From NCBI GenBank assembly GCA_964016885.1, contig OZ024740.1:181598001-181662000 (forward strand): a DNA stretch of 64,000 nt, in the 5' to 3' direction. The translations under genes and the position numbers were made by a program. Shown in pieces: positions 12,251 to 24,845 of the stretch. The DNA comes from Eledone cirrhosa. Lineage: Eukaryota. Numbering within the stretch: position 1 is the first letter of the stretch; each line of letters opens with the position of its first letter. Under the pieces are notes generated by a model. The model had not been told where the DNA came from. It saw only the letters and a program-made list of their open reading frames with translations, and did no database searches.

Positions 12251-12340
12251 TCCTCTTGATAAGTCGGCAGACCTCGCAGGGACTCTATGTCTTTATGATA
12301 TATTGTTTTTGTTTATGCCACGAAACTACGTAGTCGAGGA
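12251..12340 (+). ncRNA. Type I hammerhead, U3-A8 variant, long stem II, palindromic stem III
   Basis: tcctc-TTGATAA-gt-c-ggca...tgcc-ac-GAAA-ctacgtag-TC-gagga. Confidence 0.8.
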
Positions 12341-12845
12341 ATTTAGGAGCAGTTTAGGTATGATACATTTTATTACTAATTATATCTAAATGTTTCTTCT
12401 CTCTTCATAATGTATTTTTAACTCTGATACTGGTTCAGTCTAGTTCAACTGAATTGGTCTGTCCCGGTCATTCATTGAGCAACATCGGTGAAGTTGGCAC
12501 CCTTAACTCACAGTTGGGTGCGGATGCATTCATGTATATATGTGTGTGTCCGCATGTATCTGTGTGTTTCTAAATATATTGTTAATAACTCCCTCTGGTC
12601 GAGCAATCTTTGAAGTGTGGGGACAACTGGAAAGCCTCCATTACTCATACTTCTAGCCTTCTTCACCACCTCTTCTGCGGCCTCGATATGAATGCCCCCT
12701 CCGCCTCCGTGGTATTTTCTTCGTGGTTATAAGAGGCTTAGCTCTGTTTCTCGACCGTTATATCGCGTGACTATCTCCCCCTCCGCCTTTTGGGATTCTT
12801 TCTCACGTCGTGTAGACGCGTTCTTGAGACTAGTAAAATGAGGTA

Positions 12846-12935
12846 TCCTCTTGATAAGTCGGCATACCTCGCAGGGACTCTATGTCTTTATGATATATTG
12901 TTTTTGTTTATGCCACGAAACTACGTAGTCGAGGA
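12846..12935 (+). ncRNA. Type I hammerhead, U3-A8 variant (second unit)
   Basis: Same as 12251-12340; stem II has ggcata/tatgcc. Confidence 0.8.
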
Positions 12936-13004
12936 ATTTAGGAGCAGTTTAGGTATGATACATTTTATTACTAATTATATCTAAATGTTTCTTCTCTCTT
13001 CATA

Positions 13005-13079
<75 letters not shown>

Positions 13080-13286
13080 TATATTTTGTCAATTGTTGTG
13101 CCACATATATATATATATACACGAGAAGGAAATTACTAGAAGTATTTAGATGAGAATCAAGCTATAGAGAGATCTTCTATATCCATGCCGGATCCAAGTT
13201 ACTTTTAACTTTAAATTCACCCAATGTACTCTTATAAGCCATCATGGAGAAAACAACAGACGTGTTTCGATCTTATTATATCTCCT

Positions 13287-13402
13287 CTGAGTTCAAATCC
13301 CGCCGAGGTTAACTTTGCCTTTCATCCTTACGGGATCGATAAAATAAAGTACCAGTAATGGACTGGGTAATTGCTGGCCTTGTGCCAAAAAGTAGAAACA
13401 AT
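13287..13402 (+). mobile_element. SINE family 1 (truncated)
   Basis: B-box-like gagttcaaatccc followed by gccgaggttaactttgcctttcatcct...gtcgataaaataaagtaccagt; many copies in the window. Confidence 0.75.
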
Positions 13403-14080
13403 TATATCCTCTCTGTGATGCTTATACATTTATCAAGTCTACTTCGCTGCATACGTCTTGAAATTGCAAGTATAATCTCAGTTTTTTGGAGTTTGTTTCC
13501 TACTCATCATACAATTCGTTTTGTTTCTATTCACCCCTTGCTCACATTTATCCTTCCCAGGCTAACCTGCAATGCAATGATGGATAAGTTCAATATTAGC
13601 CGCATCATACTCAACTGTCAAGGACTGAGGCAAATGTCAGGGACTTTGCCTAAGTTCTTTTTTTATTATTTTGTATATGAATAAAAACAATATGGCAAAC
13701 AATTTACTCGTTACAGAGAAAATGTGTAAATAATTGTTTGTATATATTTCTTTATTGATACGCATTACACTTCTATATCTAAATCTCAACAGATCAGCTT
13801 CTGGAGGACATATCAGTCGACATTCTGTTCAAGTGTTGATTGACTTTTGTTTCTCTTTTCTTTAATTGTTTATGTTATCCTCTCAAGCTCCGTCTCTAAC
13901 AAATGGATTTTAATGTATTTTCGTTTCTTTGTTTTCTTTATTATTTGTTTGAATTTTTCTATCAATTCCTATGTGTTTATTTACTCTTTCCTCTCAATGA
14001 AAAGCAATATTGTTAACATTAGTCACCAAATCAACACTAACTAGTTAAAATTAATTCTACAAATGCACACATTCACAAAG

Positions 14081-14114
<34 letters not shown>

Positions 14115-14639
14115 GTGTGTGTGTGTGCGTGTGTGTGTGCGTATGTGTGCATGGTTGTGAGTGTGTGTGTGGTTGTGTGTGTATGCAAAAGACAAACACA
14201 AATAACAATGCAAACAACACAGTACAATGAAGAAATATCTTATTAGTTTTATCTTTGATATAGTTGGAAAAGACTCTTAAAGTTTCGGGTGATTGTCTTT
14301 CATCAGAACATAGATTGAGGAATATATAAATTGGGGAGAGGGGCAGTAGAGATGAGATGGAGATGGTGAGAAGGGAGTAATCGGAGGCAAAAGTGGAGGA
14401 AAAGTGGTAATGAGTCATGGTATATTGGTATAAAGCTAAAAGCTATCATAAACACTAATGATCCGAAAAATATTCAGGTAGAAATTCAATATATATATAT
14501 CACAAGGTTCAATACTCATTTAAATAAAAGTGTTGTCATTAATGATTCAAGCTCAGTGTAACATGAGATGAATATTTTAAGAATTAAACTTCATTCTAGG
14601 AAATCCGACAATCGTATAAGTGAGGTGGCACAGAGTACA

Positions 14640-14830
14640 TCTATCTATATACTACTAAACCTCTGTGATTTTGTGCTTGTCTGTAATTTAATACAGCCAA
14701 AAGGGCGCATAATGGGAAAATACTTTGAAAGAAAGTTGCCCCTGAAATCGGAATACAAATGGAATAAAACAAGTTTCTCGTAAATCGGAGCATTGACCCC
14801 GAGATACGGGGTTTTTCCGGGTACCTTGAC
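14640..14830 (+). mobile_element. Dispersed repeat with Helitron-like 5' end
   Basis: Begins tctatctatatactactaaa; diverged inverted copy at ~26490-26685. Confidence 0.45.
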
Positions 14831-15252
14831 AGAGAGTGACAAAGCGAGTGAGAAGGATAATGTTTGTGAGAAAGTAGATTGAAATAGAGACAAAGAGAGT
14901 GGGAAAAGGAGACAGAGAAGGAAAATGGAAGAGAGAGAGAGAGAGAGGGGGGGAGGAGGGCGTAGATCTTGTGGTATTCTTGAAATAAATTATAACAGGT
15001 GGCTTCAAAGAATCGAATACAGCATTACTGTATCTAACTCAAATTTGGTGACTGAATATTAAGTCATATGTATCATATAAATTGTGTTAGGACAGAAGGT
15101 ATGTGGCAAATATTTCATGCTAAATGGGAAGGGTTTCTAAGTGTGTGTGTGTGTGTCTTTGACGAGTGTATATGGGTCCCAGACACCCATATATATATAA
15201 ATATAAATATATATGTATACACACAGCCACGCACATAAATACACACCTCCCC

Positions 15253-15301
<49 letters not shown>

Positions 15302-15302
<1 letters not shown>

Positions 15303-16310
15303 CCAAGAAAACGAAAAATCAGTGATGCATCTGGACTTAGTTTATTTCGTGTTACAAATGTTTCGCCGGCATGTAGCTCGAGTCATGGTCCTTGTATGGA
15401 TCAGCCTAATTCTACTTCTGCGGGTTCTTTCAGACACGGCTGTTATGTCCGGAGCAAATTTTATCACTGGGGTGTTGTCATCAAAACAACCCCTCAAAAA
15501 ACCTTCTTTCCACTCTTGTCATGCCATTGGCTGTTTTTACTCCACGTCATCCCAAGTTCTGGTCAGTATCTGCTGCCACACGGTTCATCAACCATTTTCC
15601 GTCCGACATATTTCAATGGAGTCATGCTGGGTTCAGTGCTTCACACGTCTGCTCACACTCAGAGTAAGCAGCCACACATACTAGAATAAACACATAGTAA
15701 CACACACATACATATATTCAGATATACACCTATCTATGCATTCACACTCGTACGTCTACATGCTCAGACACCCACACCGCCACATACATACATCGCAGTA
15801 TGTATACTCGCACACCCTCTTTCCCTCTCTCCCATGGGCCCAGTCACACACACTTGTTGATACATGCCGCCACGAGCCTTCTGACTGTTCGGTATCAATT
15901 GGGTAAGCATGTCATATTCAAATATATACATATATACATACACATGCGCGCACGCACACATACGGCCAACCTTCTATACATTTAAATGGAGTAAAAACAG
16001 ACAATGGCATGACAAGAGTGGAAAGAAGGTTTTTTGAGGGCTTGTTTTGATGAAAACACCCCAGTGATAAAATCTGCTCCGGACATAACAGCCGTGTCTG
16101 AAAGAACCCGCAGAAGTAGAATCAGCCAGATCCATACAAGGACCGTGACTCGAGCTATATGCCGGCGAAACATTTGTAACACGAAATAAACTAAGTCCAG
16201 AAGCATCACTGATTTTTCGTTTTCTTGATAATATCTACACTCTACTCTGATGAATATCGAGTGCTAATTTTGGCATACCGCCTACGGAAGCACCATAGCT
16301 ACCACTGTAC

Positions 16311-16313
<3 letters not shown>
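15302..16313 (+). mobile_element. Non-autonomous PLE-type element with inverted arms and tail
   Basis: 15302-15543 is the reverse complement of ~15987-16228; tail actc...gagtgct at 16239-16265; TA runs both sides. Confidence 0.8.
16093..16183 (+). ncRNA. Hammerhead-like motif (inverted copy at 15348-15438)
   Basis: cgtgt-CTGAAAGA-long imperfect stem II-GAAA-catttg-TA-acacg; one extra core nucleotide. Confidence 0.6.
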
Positions 16314-16344
<31 letters not shown>

Positions 16345-16347
<3 letters not shown>

Positions 16348-16922
16348 AGTGAAATAACAGGAGGCCAAATATGTTGAATTTCCTTAATTTTTTATTTCTG
16401 CATGCTCTATGCACATTTCAATGATCAGGTTGCACAAGAACCAGGACACATCGTCTGGTATAAATTGCGTATTAGATGTATGTCAACGAAATGGTGCTAG
16501 ACCCTAAGGAAACAAACAGAAAAAAAAAGAATGAAAATGTGTGTTTATGTTTTTGACTAAGAGAGGAACGAGCCAGCATGTTGCCATAAACACATTTTTC
16601 CTCTCTTTTTGTGGTTGTTTCCTTACGGTCTACCACCATTCCGTTGGTATACATCTATTACGCAATTTACACCTGAAGATGTCACCGGGTTCTTGTGCAA
16701 CCTGGTCTCTGATATGTGCATAGTGTATGTAGAAATACAAAGTTAAGGAAATTCAACATATTTGGTGTTCTGTCATTTCACTTTATGATACATTTACTCG
16801 CACCAACAACATGATTCAACATCGAAGATGGATGAGTTGCATAACCTTCAGTACTTTCTCGTATTATGTCATGGTTAACATTGCAGATTGACCAATTCTA
16901 ACCAGTGATATGCTACCAAATT
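16345..16922 (+). mobile_element. Older non-autonomous PLE-type element with inverted arms and tail
   Basis: 16345-16446 is a diverged reverse complement of 16685-16786; actc(16796)...gagt(16834) tail. Confidence 0.7.
16668..16727 (+). ncRNA. Type I hammerhead, GAAA mutated to GATA in this arm
   Basis: tacac-CTGAAGA-...accgggtt/aacctggt...-GATA-tgtgca-TA-gtgta; the left arm retains GAAA. Confidence 0.6.
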
Positions 16923-17819
16923 TATATATACACACACACTCACGTATATATATATATATATATATATATAATTGGGGCTTCTCATTTCATTTTATATCAT
17001 ATACATGTCTGTGTATATTTTAATTATTTAAAAATTATTTTTAAGTGAACAAGATTTTTTTAAAAATATTTTTAAGGGAATGTGACCCAGCGGGTCACAT
17101 ATATAATAAAGAAAATGCAAAGATGAAATATTAATTCAGTTTATTCTCTTGACACATGTTTCTACGCAAAAATAAATTAAAAATTATTATACAGCTTTCC
17201 TCAAACTAGACTATCCATGAATACTTTAGCCCAATTGAACAGAGCACTGAGACAAAGTTTGAAAGGATCGAAGTTAAATTCTTCGTAGCGGCTGCTATCC
17301 GTTTTCCCGTCTATTGGGTTCTTTTCCCGATTTCATGTGCTATTATTTGTACTGTTTTCAGTTATTTTCTGCGTTTGAGAATTTTACATTTTCTAAGAAA
17401 AAATTTGTTTGCGTGTGTATGTGTGTATAATCTAATCCAATCAATCCATATCAGTCGCAATTACCACGTGTGGCCAATTGTGGATGTGCGATGTTATTTA
17501 ACCCATAGTTGTGGTTGATAGCTGTTGACTCTGAGGAGTTCATCTACACTTTCAACAGCTCTTGTTTTGTTTTTGTTTTCTTTTGAACTGCTGGGGTTCC
17601 ACTTACCCTTTTCACCAGACCAGGTTTTGCCTTATGCCCTACGTTTCAGCTGGAAGCTTCTTGTCTCCTCGAAAAGAGAACTTGAAAAATTAATTTGTTA
17701 TCTATATGTGTAGGCCTTTAACTATAATGCAGTTTTGTGATTGCAGTAGTACCACAGCCAAATGCCTCAGCTAAAGCCATCATATATATATAATAAGTTA
17801 AACTTACTCTTGGAATGTG

Positions 17820-18615
17820 CAGACGAGATGATGTTACTTAACTCGACAGAATATGATCTTCGATAGGTTTCATTCCGAGTACTTCATGGCTGGAAGGAAA
17901 ATCAATGCGGTGAAAACTGAGACACTCGTCTTCCAAAGGAAGTCTGCGCATTGCACGCTACATGTGAATGGGGTCCTACTGAAGCAGGTAGAGAAGTTCA
18001 GGTACATCGGGGCCCTGTTCACGAGTGATGGAAGGCAGGAAGCTGAATTAAGTGCAAGAATTGAAAAAGCTGGTGCAGTAATGCGCCAACTTCTTCATTC
18101 AGTATTCTGAAGAAAGAAGGTAGGTGTAAATGCCAAACTCGCTGTCTTCAATACGGTTTTCGTACCAACTATTACCTATGGCCATGAATCTTGGCATATG
18201 ACCGAAATAATATGTTCGCGAATACAAGCGGCCGAAATGAGGTTCCTCTGAAGGGTCTTTGGAGTAACGTTACGCCATAACGTGCGTAGCTCGGAGATCA
18301 GACGATCACTTCAGGTAGAGACGCCACATCTCCGAATTGAGCGATCACTTCTCCGATACTATGGGTATATGGTTAGAATGTCTCAGGGACGAATCGATGG
18401 ACAGATTCTACGGGCGAAACTAACAGGTAGACTACGCAGGTGTAGACCCCAACCAAGATCGTTGGATAACATCGATGAGCTTGGCAGGTCAAGTTTGGGT
18501 ATCCAGTCGGATCAGTTGGAGATGGTTGCTTCTGGCAGGACTCGCTGGGGGTAGTGTTTGAGGACTTTGTCCACACTAGCCTCTCAGGAATATGTGGGCA
18601 AAGAAAAGAAGAAGC
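17820..18615 (+). pseudogene. RTE-clade LINE 3' fragment
   Basis: QVEKFRYIG, ARIEKAG, TYGHESW, IQAAEMRFL, LRYYGYMVRM; contains stops. Confidence 0.8.
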
Positions 18616-18807
18616 AGTTTTACAACTTCACGTTAACAAGCAGTACTGAACTGGAATACTTTTATAGACGTAGACATTATAAACAGTAATGTTTATTTTG
18701 ACTGGATTTGAACTCATAGAGTGGTGGTGAGATGGAGGGAATACCGCAATGCAATTCTAGTCAATTCAGTAGCATTGTTATCATCATTATAGTTACTAGT
18801 GATTGAT

Positions 18808-18920
18808 TGAGTTCAAATTCCGCTGAGGTTAACTTTACCTTTCATCTTTACGAGGTCGATAAAATAAAGTTCAGTTATGTACTGGCATAATTACTGGCCC
18901 TGTACTAAAAGTAGAAACAA
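18808..18920 (+). mobile_element. SINE family 1 (truncated)
   Basis: Similar to 13287-13402. Confidence 0.7.
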
Positions 18921-20751
18921 TAATTGTTACTAGTGATACCACTAACACTATGGTTCTTATTTTGATTATTGCCACTACTACGACACTTTAAATTACGGTC
19001 GATTAATAAAATAATCAATTAATTAATTTGGTGGCTTGAAAACTATCGCTACCACTGTGTGTTGATGATGTTACTGTCAATGCTGTTGATATTATCGTTA
19101 TTACAGCTGTTGTGGCTATCTGGTGGGCAATTTATCTTGACACAAATGTCACACAGTACTGCTCCGAGGGCATTGTTCCATATCCTATTTTGAACATCTT
19201 GGTCTGATTGTGGACGTCTGGCTGACTCATCCGGTCTTCACACTCCCATACTCACACACACACGCACTTACATTCATACGCACTCTTAATGGAATACATT
19301 GGTAGAAACAAAACACACACATATGCACATATGCATGTGTATATATACACAGAAGTAGGCATGCATACGTAGTCAAAACCTTACATACGCACACACAAAA
19401 AAATTGGGCCGATGTTTATATAAACCCAACATTTAACCGATCACTACAAACACTTTATTGTTTGATTAATTACCAGTCTGACGAACAAATAGACACTGGG
19501 GCGGGTCCACAACCGCTATGTGTGACCTGGAGCCAATCTGCGAAAAGCGCGTAACACGTTGATACACAATAAAAAAATAAATAGATGTAAACGAAATTCA
19601 TCGTTCTTCTTATTATATATACACTCTGTTTGTGCACCTCTAGTACTGGTATTGTGTGTGTGTGTTTCAGAGAGAAAAGGTATTCAGAAGGGGTGGATGG
19701 GAAGAAAGAATTTCACAATGAACTATTACGTTATTTATAAACAAGTGAATGCTATTTCCAAATGCGAAAACCTATTTCGGCATCCCATATTCGTTTGCCA
19801 AATATTTCAGTTCCTGGTAATAATACAAATGAATGTATAATAAAATAATATCAATATTCATAGCTCTGTTCCATAATAAAATATAAATCTGAGAATGTGG
19901 TCAGCTGTTACAAATATCAGTGTACTTATCAGTTGGCATGAGTTGAAGTGGAATAGTGTATTATTATTTTTGCACGTTTATGAAGATAAAAAATGGGTAA
20001 ATATAGGCGAAAATATATGAACTGAGAGTAAGGATTTACAGTCTGGTGTATATTATAAATTCATTGCAACAACACAAAATAAACAATTATATAAAGATTG
20101 TTTCTAAATTAATGTTGATAGAATCGGCCCCAGTACATGATTGGAATTCTTTTTTTACCCCAAAAGCAAGGGTAAATTCACCTCAGTGGAATTTAAACTC
20201 AGAAATTGAAGTCAGTTGCTATAATTAACAGTTTGCAATTTAGGTAAAATACACCGAAGGTACTTTCCCATAATTTTCTCTCCTTCGCTGTATTTTGGCC
20301 AATTTCCTCAGTTGTTATTTATAGCAAACGGCCGTATATACAGTTATTTCTGCATCTGAGGTCCTTGAATGTTCTATGAATTTCAGAACTCCTCAGTGCT
20401 TCGAAAGTTCGATACTATATATACAATGTTGTTTTCATTTAAAGTTCTAAGAATAAGCATTCTAATTTGGTCAAGGGTTTTGTGAGAGATCGTTTAGTCC
20501 AATAGTTTCAACAGTCAGCATGTATCTAACATATTCATAGTCCGATTACTCGTAGCGGCTACTAACAACTCTTTTTCCTTCATACGAGAATTTTACCCAA
20601 TTTTCTAAACTATTATTGGCAACAATCGACTGTGTTTACACATATTTTTTCATCTGAGTTTCTTACCCTTTCTATGAGCTATATAACTATTTGGTACTAC
20701 GAAGGTTAGATGCTTTACATACAATATATATGTATCTATTCATACATGGTG

Positions 20752-21285
20752 GCTGCAAACTCTGCTAAGTGTGTGGCATTCGCTTGTCAGATTAAAGAAA
20801 ATGGTGCACCTTTAGGCTACGGCGTGCCATACGATCCTGTAACGTATCCTGAACAAGCAATGCCTGTACTTTGAAGATGTGTTTAAGGGGAAAGCCTTGC
20901 ACTCGACCAATGTCACTCTCTGAGCATCGAAAACACTACGCGAAATGGAGAACTGGTCAACATCATCGGATGCTTTCGAAGCCACAGGTCTGTTTTTTTC
21001 AGTCTCCCTCTCTTAAAAAGGTGTTGTGACAAAAAATGGGGGCCTTTCACTCCCACGCGAAAAGAAAAGAGAAAAAATAACAAAGTACTATTTGGATGGC
21101 CGTTGACTCTGCTGAGTTCATCCGCCATTTACCGAGTCTTATATTTCATACCGCAGGGTGTTCAAATATCACCCGCCTCACCAAGGAAGCTTGGTGGAAT
21201 TTGTCGGTTTAGTCGCCGACGACCCGACCATGAGACAGGTTATACTGGTTTGAATGTTACCAGTAGCACTCAAGAGCGACCTGAC
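20752..21285. mobile_element. ~500-bp dispersed repeat flanked by (TACA)n
   Basis: Colinear with 34390-34872. Confidence 0.75.
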
Positions 21286-22175
21286 ACATGCATACAAACA
21301 TACATACAAACATATATACATACAAACATGAGAAAAGTATGTCCTCCAGGTTGTGTACCCTATATAGGCTATATAAAGTCAGAGGTTTCTTCGATACTTC
21401 TATATTTAAAAAATATATATTCAAATTTACGTCGTATAACACTTTGTTTATTATAATATATGTGTTATATAACATTCATTTCGTCTACTTAATTTCCTCT
21501 TTCGTTACTTGTAAGTCTGTTCAATCTCAAAATCACAGTAATTGACCCAAACGCCATATCATAGTGTTGGGTATTGACAATTGGATTAGCATGCTGCACT
21601 GTGCTGACAAATATAAATATATAAAATGAAACCTCTCTGCCAATCTTCGTTGTTTAATCTTAAACAGACTCAAGTCGAATGGTACAAAACCATTCACATT
21701 TATAATAATCACCATATTAATATGATGAATCGCATTGTAGGTCAACTGATCGAGAAGTTTTTTCATAGATGCTTTATCGTTTGCTAATAACATTATTTCG
21801 TGACTTGATGGGTCAAGGTGATGTGATGCTACAAAAACACATGAAAATTTAGCAATGTCCTATCTCAACTTTCACTTGGGGTGGTATTTATTTTACCTCG
21901 TTTTGACTCGAACAAATCTGTATTAATCATTTATGTAAATATCGACATCAATATTGTAAATTAGTGTCGAGGATTTTAATGTTAATCATTGTAAAGTTTA
22001 CAATCGCAGCAAATAAAATAATTTATAGCACCTAATTACTGGCTAGTACTCATACAATGTAATCTGTAACGATGTACAAACGATAGTACGTGGTTCAAAT
22101 CTCGTGTATGGAACTGCTTTTCTTACTCTCTGAAAATGATGCCAAAATAATTAAAACATTATTTTGCACGTTCTG

Positions 22176-22232
<57 letters not shown>

Positions 22233-22233
22233 C

Positions 22234-22265
<32 letters not shown>

Positions 22266-22377
22266 GAGAGAGCAAGTGAGAGAGAGAGAAAAGAAGGATT
22301 GAGAGAGAATTTAAAAAGTCAAATTCAGTGTTGCAGCTTATGTACACATATATAAATATATATATATAGACAACCCC

Positions 22378-22442
<65 letters not shown>

Positions 22443-22498
22443 GTAAGTATGTATGTATACGTACATACATATATGTATACAGACGTACAGTAGCATGC

Positions 22499-22531
<33 letters not shown>

Positions 22532-22694
22532 CGTATATACATACAGGTACACATACATATATGTACGTATCAGTTTAGCGGACGCTCATTATAGCGCCCG
22601 CTTTGTTCGTTTGTAAACAAACTGAACAGCCTGAATTTATGCCGCACGGTGTTAAGGCAACCACGTCACCTTTTTGTTCAACACTGACACAGGA

Positions 22695-22737
22695 ACGATG
22701 TACTAGTTTCAAGCTTGTTAGCTATCATCAGCACCGT
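22695..22737 (-). ncRNA. Minimal type I hammerhead
   Basis: Reverse complement of 23564-23606. Confidence 0.8.
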
Positions 22738-22973
22738 ATACCCATCTGCCAGATAGTTGAACGTTCGAAAGTATATACTTTCCTTATGAAAATTAACGGC
22801 TGAGCAGCCTAATTTGCATATCGAGTGAGTCAAATCGGTCAGGCGCACCGAAAACGATGAGTTGTAATAAAATGAAAACGAAATTTCATTTCTCACTCTT
22901 AGTACGGCACTTACTTAAATGTAAGTATGTATGTATACGTACATACATATATGTATACAGACGTACAGTAGCA

Positions 22974-23029
<56 letters not shown>

Positions 23030-23283
23030 TACATACAGGTACCCATACATATATGTACGTATCAGTTTAGCGGACGCTTATTATAGCGCCCGCTTTGTTC
23101 GTTTGTAAACAAACTGAACAGCCTGAATTTATGCCGCACGGTGTGAAGGCAACCACGTCACAAATTAAGGTAACCACGGCATCAATTCAGGCTGTTCAGT
23201 TTGTTTACAAACGAACAAAGCGGGCGCTCTAATAAGCGTCCTCTAAACTGATACGTACATATATGTATATATACCTGTATGTA

Positions 23284-23327
<44 letters not shown>

Positions 23328-23563
23328 TGCTACTGTACGTCTGTATACATATATGTATGTACGTATACATACATACTTACATTTAAGTAAGTGCCGTACT
23401 AAGAGTGAGAAATGAAATTTCGTTTTCATTTTATTACAACTCATCGTTTTCGGTGCGCCTGACCGATTTAACTCACTCGATATGCAAATTAGGCTGCTCA
23501 GCCGTTAATTTTCCTAAGGAAAGTATATACTTTCGAACGTTCAACTATCTGGCAGATGGGTAT

Positions 23564-23606
23564 ACGGTGCTGATGATAGCTAACAAGCTTGAAACTAGTA
23601 CATCGT
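23564..23606 (+). ncRNA. Minimal type I hammerhead
   Basis: acggtg-CTGATGA-t-agc-taacaa-gct-t-GAAA-ctag-TA-catcgt; palindromic ACTAGT stem III. Confidence 0.85.
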
Positions 23607-23757
23607 TCCTGTGTCAGTGTTGAACAAAAAGGTGACGTGGTTGCCTTAACACCGTGCGGCATAAATTCAGGCTGTTCAGTTTGTTTACAAACGAACAAAG
23701 CGGGCGCTATAATAAGCGTCAGCTAAACTGATACGTACATATATGTATGTGTACCTG

Positions 23758-23793
<36 letters not shown>

Positions 23794-24028
23794 TGCTACT
23801 GTACGTCTGTATACATATATGTATGTACGTATACATACATACTTACATTTAAGTAAGTGCCGTATAAGAGTGAGAAATGAAATTTCGTTTTCATTTTATT
23901 ACAACTCATCGTTTTCGGTGCGCCTGACCGATTTAACTCACTCGATATGCAAATTAGGCAGCTCAGCCGTTAATTTTCATAAAGAAAGTATATACTTTCG
24001 AACGTTCAGCTATCTGGCAGATGGGTAT

Positions 24029-24071
24029 ACGGTGCTGATGATAGCTAACAAGCTTGAAACTAGTACATCGT
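24029..24071 (+). ncRNA. Minimal type I hammerhead
   Basis: Identical to 23564-23606. Confidence 0.85.
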
Positions 24072-24242
24072 TCCTGTGTCAGTGTTGAACAAAAAGGTGA
24101 CGTGGTTGCCTTAACACTGTGCGGCATAAATTCAGGCTGTTCAGTTTGTTTACAAACGAACAAAGCGGGCGCTCTAATAAGCGTCCGCTAAACTGATACG
24201 TACATATATGTATGTGTATATGTGTACCTGTATGTATATATG

Positions 24243-24348
<106 letters not shown>

Positions 24349-24584
24349 TGCTACTGTACGTCTGTATACATATATGTATGTACGTATACATACATACTTA
24401 CATTTAAGTAAGTGCTGTACTAAGAGTGAGAAAGGAAATTTCGTTTTCATTTTATTACAACTCATCGTTTTCGGTTCGCCTGACCGATTTAACTCACTCG
24501 ATATGCAAATTAGGCTGCTCAGCCGTTAATTTTCATAAGGAAAGTATATACTTTCGAACGTTCATCTATCTGGCAGATGGGTAT

Positions 24585-24627
24585 ACGGTGCTGATGATAG
24601 CTAACAAGCTTGAAACTAGTACATCGT
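24585..24627 (+). ncRNA. Minimal type I hammerhead
   Basis: Identical to 23564-23606. Confidence 0.85.
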
Positions 24628-24784
24628 TCCTGTGTCAGTGTTGAACAAAAAGGTGACGTGGTTGCCTTAACACCGTGCGGCATAAATTCAGGCTGTTCAG
24701 TTTGTTTACAAACGAACAAAGCGGGCGCTATAATAAGCGTCCTCTAAACTGATACGTACATATATGTATGTGTACCTGTATGTA

Positions 24785-24845
<61 letters not shown>

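Larger units (their letters stand above)
11871..13010 (+). mobile_element. Retrozyme-like tandem element: 595-bp unit x ~1.8 with a short inverted arm
   Basis: ~11950-12415 recurs at +595; 11871-11949 is the reverse complement of ~12500-12580; one HHR per unit; (TA)n both sides. Confidence 0.85.

Noticed and set aside
14270-14312. Minus-strand CTGATGA...GAAAC motif; similar remnants at ~17150-17210, ~40877-40895 and ~56858-56882
   Set aside because: Stems I and II do not pair well; at best decayed HHRs.
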